Made by a program: the position numbers and the translations under genes. Positions 62,959 through 64,000 of a stretch of DNA of 64,000 nt are shown here, piece after piece. The notes below the pieces were generated by a model. It saw only the letters and a program-made list of their open reading frames with translations. It was not told where the DNA came from and ran no database searches. This stretch comes from Chloropicon primus. Its lineage: Eukaryota. The stretch spans positions 124,001-188,000 of the forward strand of contig CP060754.1 in the NCBI GenBank assembly GCA_023205875.1, in the 5' to 3' direction. Every line of letters begins with the position of its first letter. Position 1 is the first letter of the stretch.

Positions 62959-64000
62959 CTACACCGCGGAGTTTTCGTCCTCGGTAAAGTCAAACCACTT
63001 CCAAGGAATTTTGTTGGCGTCCTTGCCCTGGGTCTTGTGGAAGATCCACAGGCAGAGGATCACCACGCCGATGTCGTGCAGAATGAAAAGGAATAACCGA
63101 AGTGCGATGCCCCCTGGCGACGTCGTCCCGCCTTTCCGTTTGCTACTGCTGCTGCCGGCCCGCTTGGGGGACAGGCTCCCCGCCTTTGCCGCCTCGTGAT
63201 GCATTGCCGTGACCGGAGTGCCAGCAATCTGCAGGGGGGCAGGGAGCGAAAAGCACCCGTTAGCTGATCTTGGAGGAGGCGCAGACTACAGCCTGTCGGG
63301 AGAGAAGGGGGTTCCGCTGGCTCTGGCCTCTCTTACCTGGTTGTTGTGCACGGTGTCGGCCCACGCATTCGATTCGGACGCTGTGGAAGGGTCCTCCTCG
63401 TCCTCCTCCTCCTCCTCCTCCCCTTTCCTCTTCCTCAGCATCGACTGGCCCGTGGGGAGGCTGCCAAAGGCGAGGTGAGGAGGCAGGTAGTCGTCTCGGA
63501 TATCCTGCGTGTACGCGAGAAAGAGTTGTGGGTGTGGGTGGGTGGTCAGCACTTGACGACGTCCCTGGCAAAGGTGGAAAGAGAAGCCTGTCTCACCAGC
63601 TTCCTAAAGTGCTCCTGCTGCTCCTTCCGCTGCTCCTGCAGCCGCTCCCGCAGCTTGAGCTCGTTCTCTTCTTCCACTTGTCGGAGCCAGGCCCGGGTCT
63701 CCATGAGCTGTGCGTCCACCAGGGCTGCCTCCGCCTCCTGCTCCTCCCGCTCGAGCTCCATGTTTCGCTCAAGGGGAGTCTTGCCAACGAAGTCTTTCGT
63801 CGAGACGGGCCTCAACGTCCCGTCCAGCTCGCGCTTGTAAAACTGTCCATCAACTGTCGTGTAATCTTTTTCAACAACCAAAGGGGAGCACACGCAGGTC
63901 GCACACACACCAAAGGGGAGCGTCCGTCAGCACCGAGGCAAAGTGGCTGCGCAGAGGGAGTGAACCTACCTGGCCCGGTGAGGGGTGGGCTATCCGGCCT
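62959..64000 (-). CDS. Multi-exon hypothetical protein, 3' part (coiled coil, C-terminal hydrophobic segment); starts beyond the window
   Basis: Successive minus-strand coding-like blocks (63546-63870, ~63337-63525, 62959-~63230) with splice-like signals. Confidence 0.45.

Overview
A gene-dense, intron-poor, GC-rich eukaryotic nuclear window, most consistent with a compact pico-green-algal genome. The basis for that is plastid-targeted PSY, HCF173 and ClpR, selenoproteins, and short GT-AG introns; a Chloropicon-like prasinophyte is an inference. About 40 mostly housekeeping genes are tightly packed. The one accessory region is ~32.0-40.4 kb. It holds an apparently intact Fanzor2/TnpB-like RNA-guided nuclease gene (32310-34481, minus) with a basic NLS-repeat N-terminus, followed by a structured, pseudoknot-capable non-coding stretch that is a candidate omegaRNA; no transposase is visible. 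Immediately next to it is a ~4 kb inversion whose breakpoints duplicated a whole selenoprotein glutathione peroxidase gene (857 bp inverted repeat) plus the 5' end of a second GPX. All three GPX genes read through an in-frame UGA (Sec) and carry 3'-UTR SECIS hairpins. Product calls come from motif recognition only; no database searches were run.
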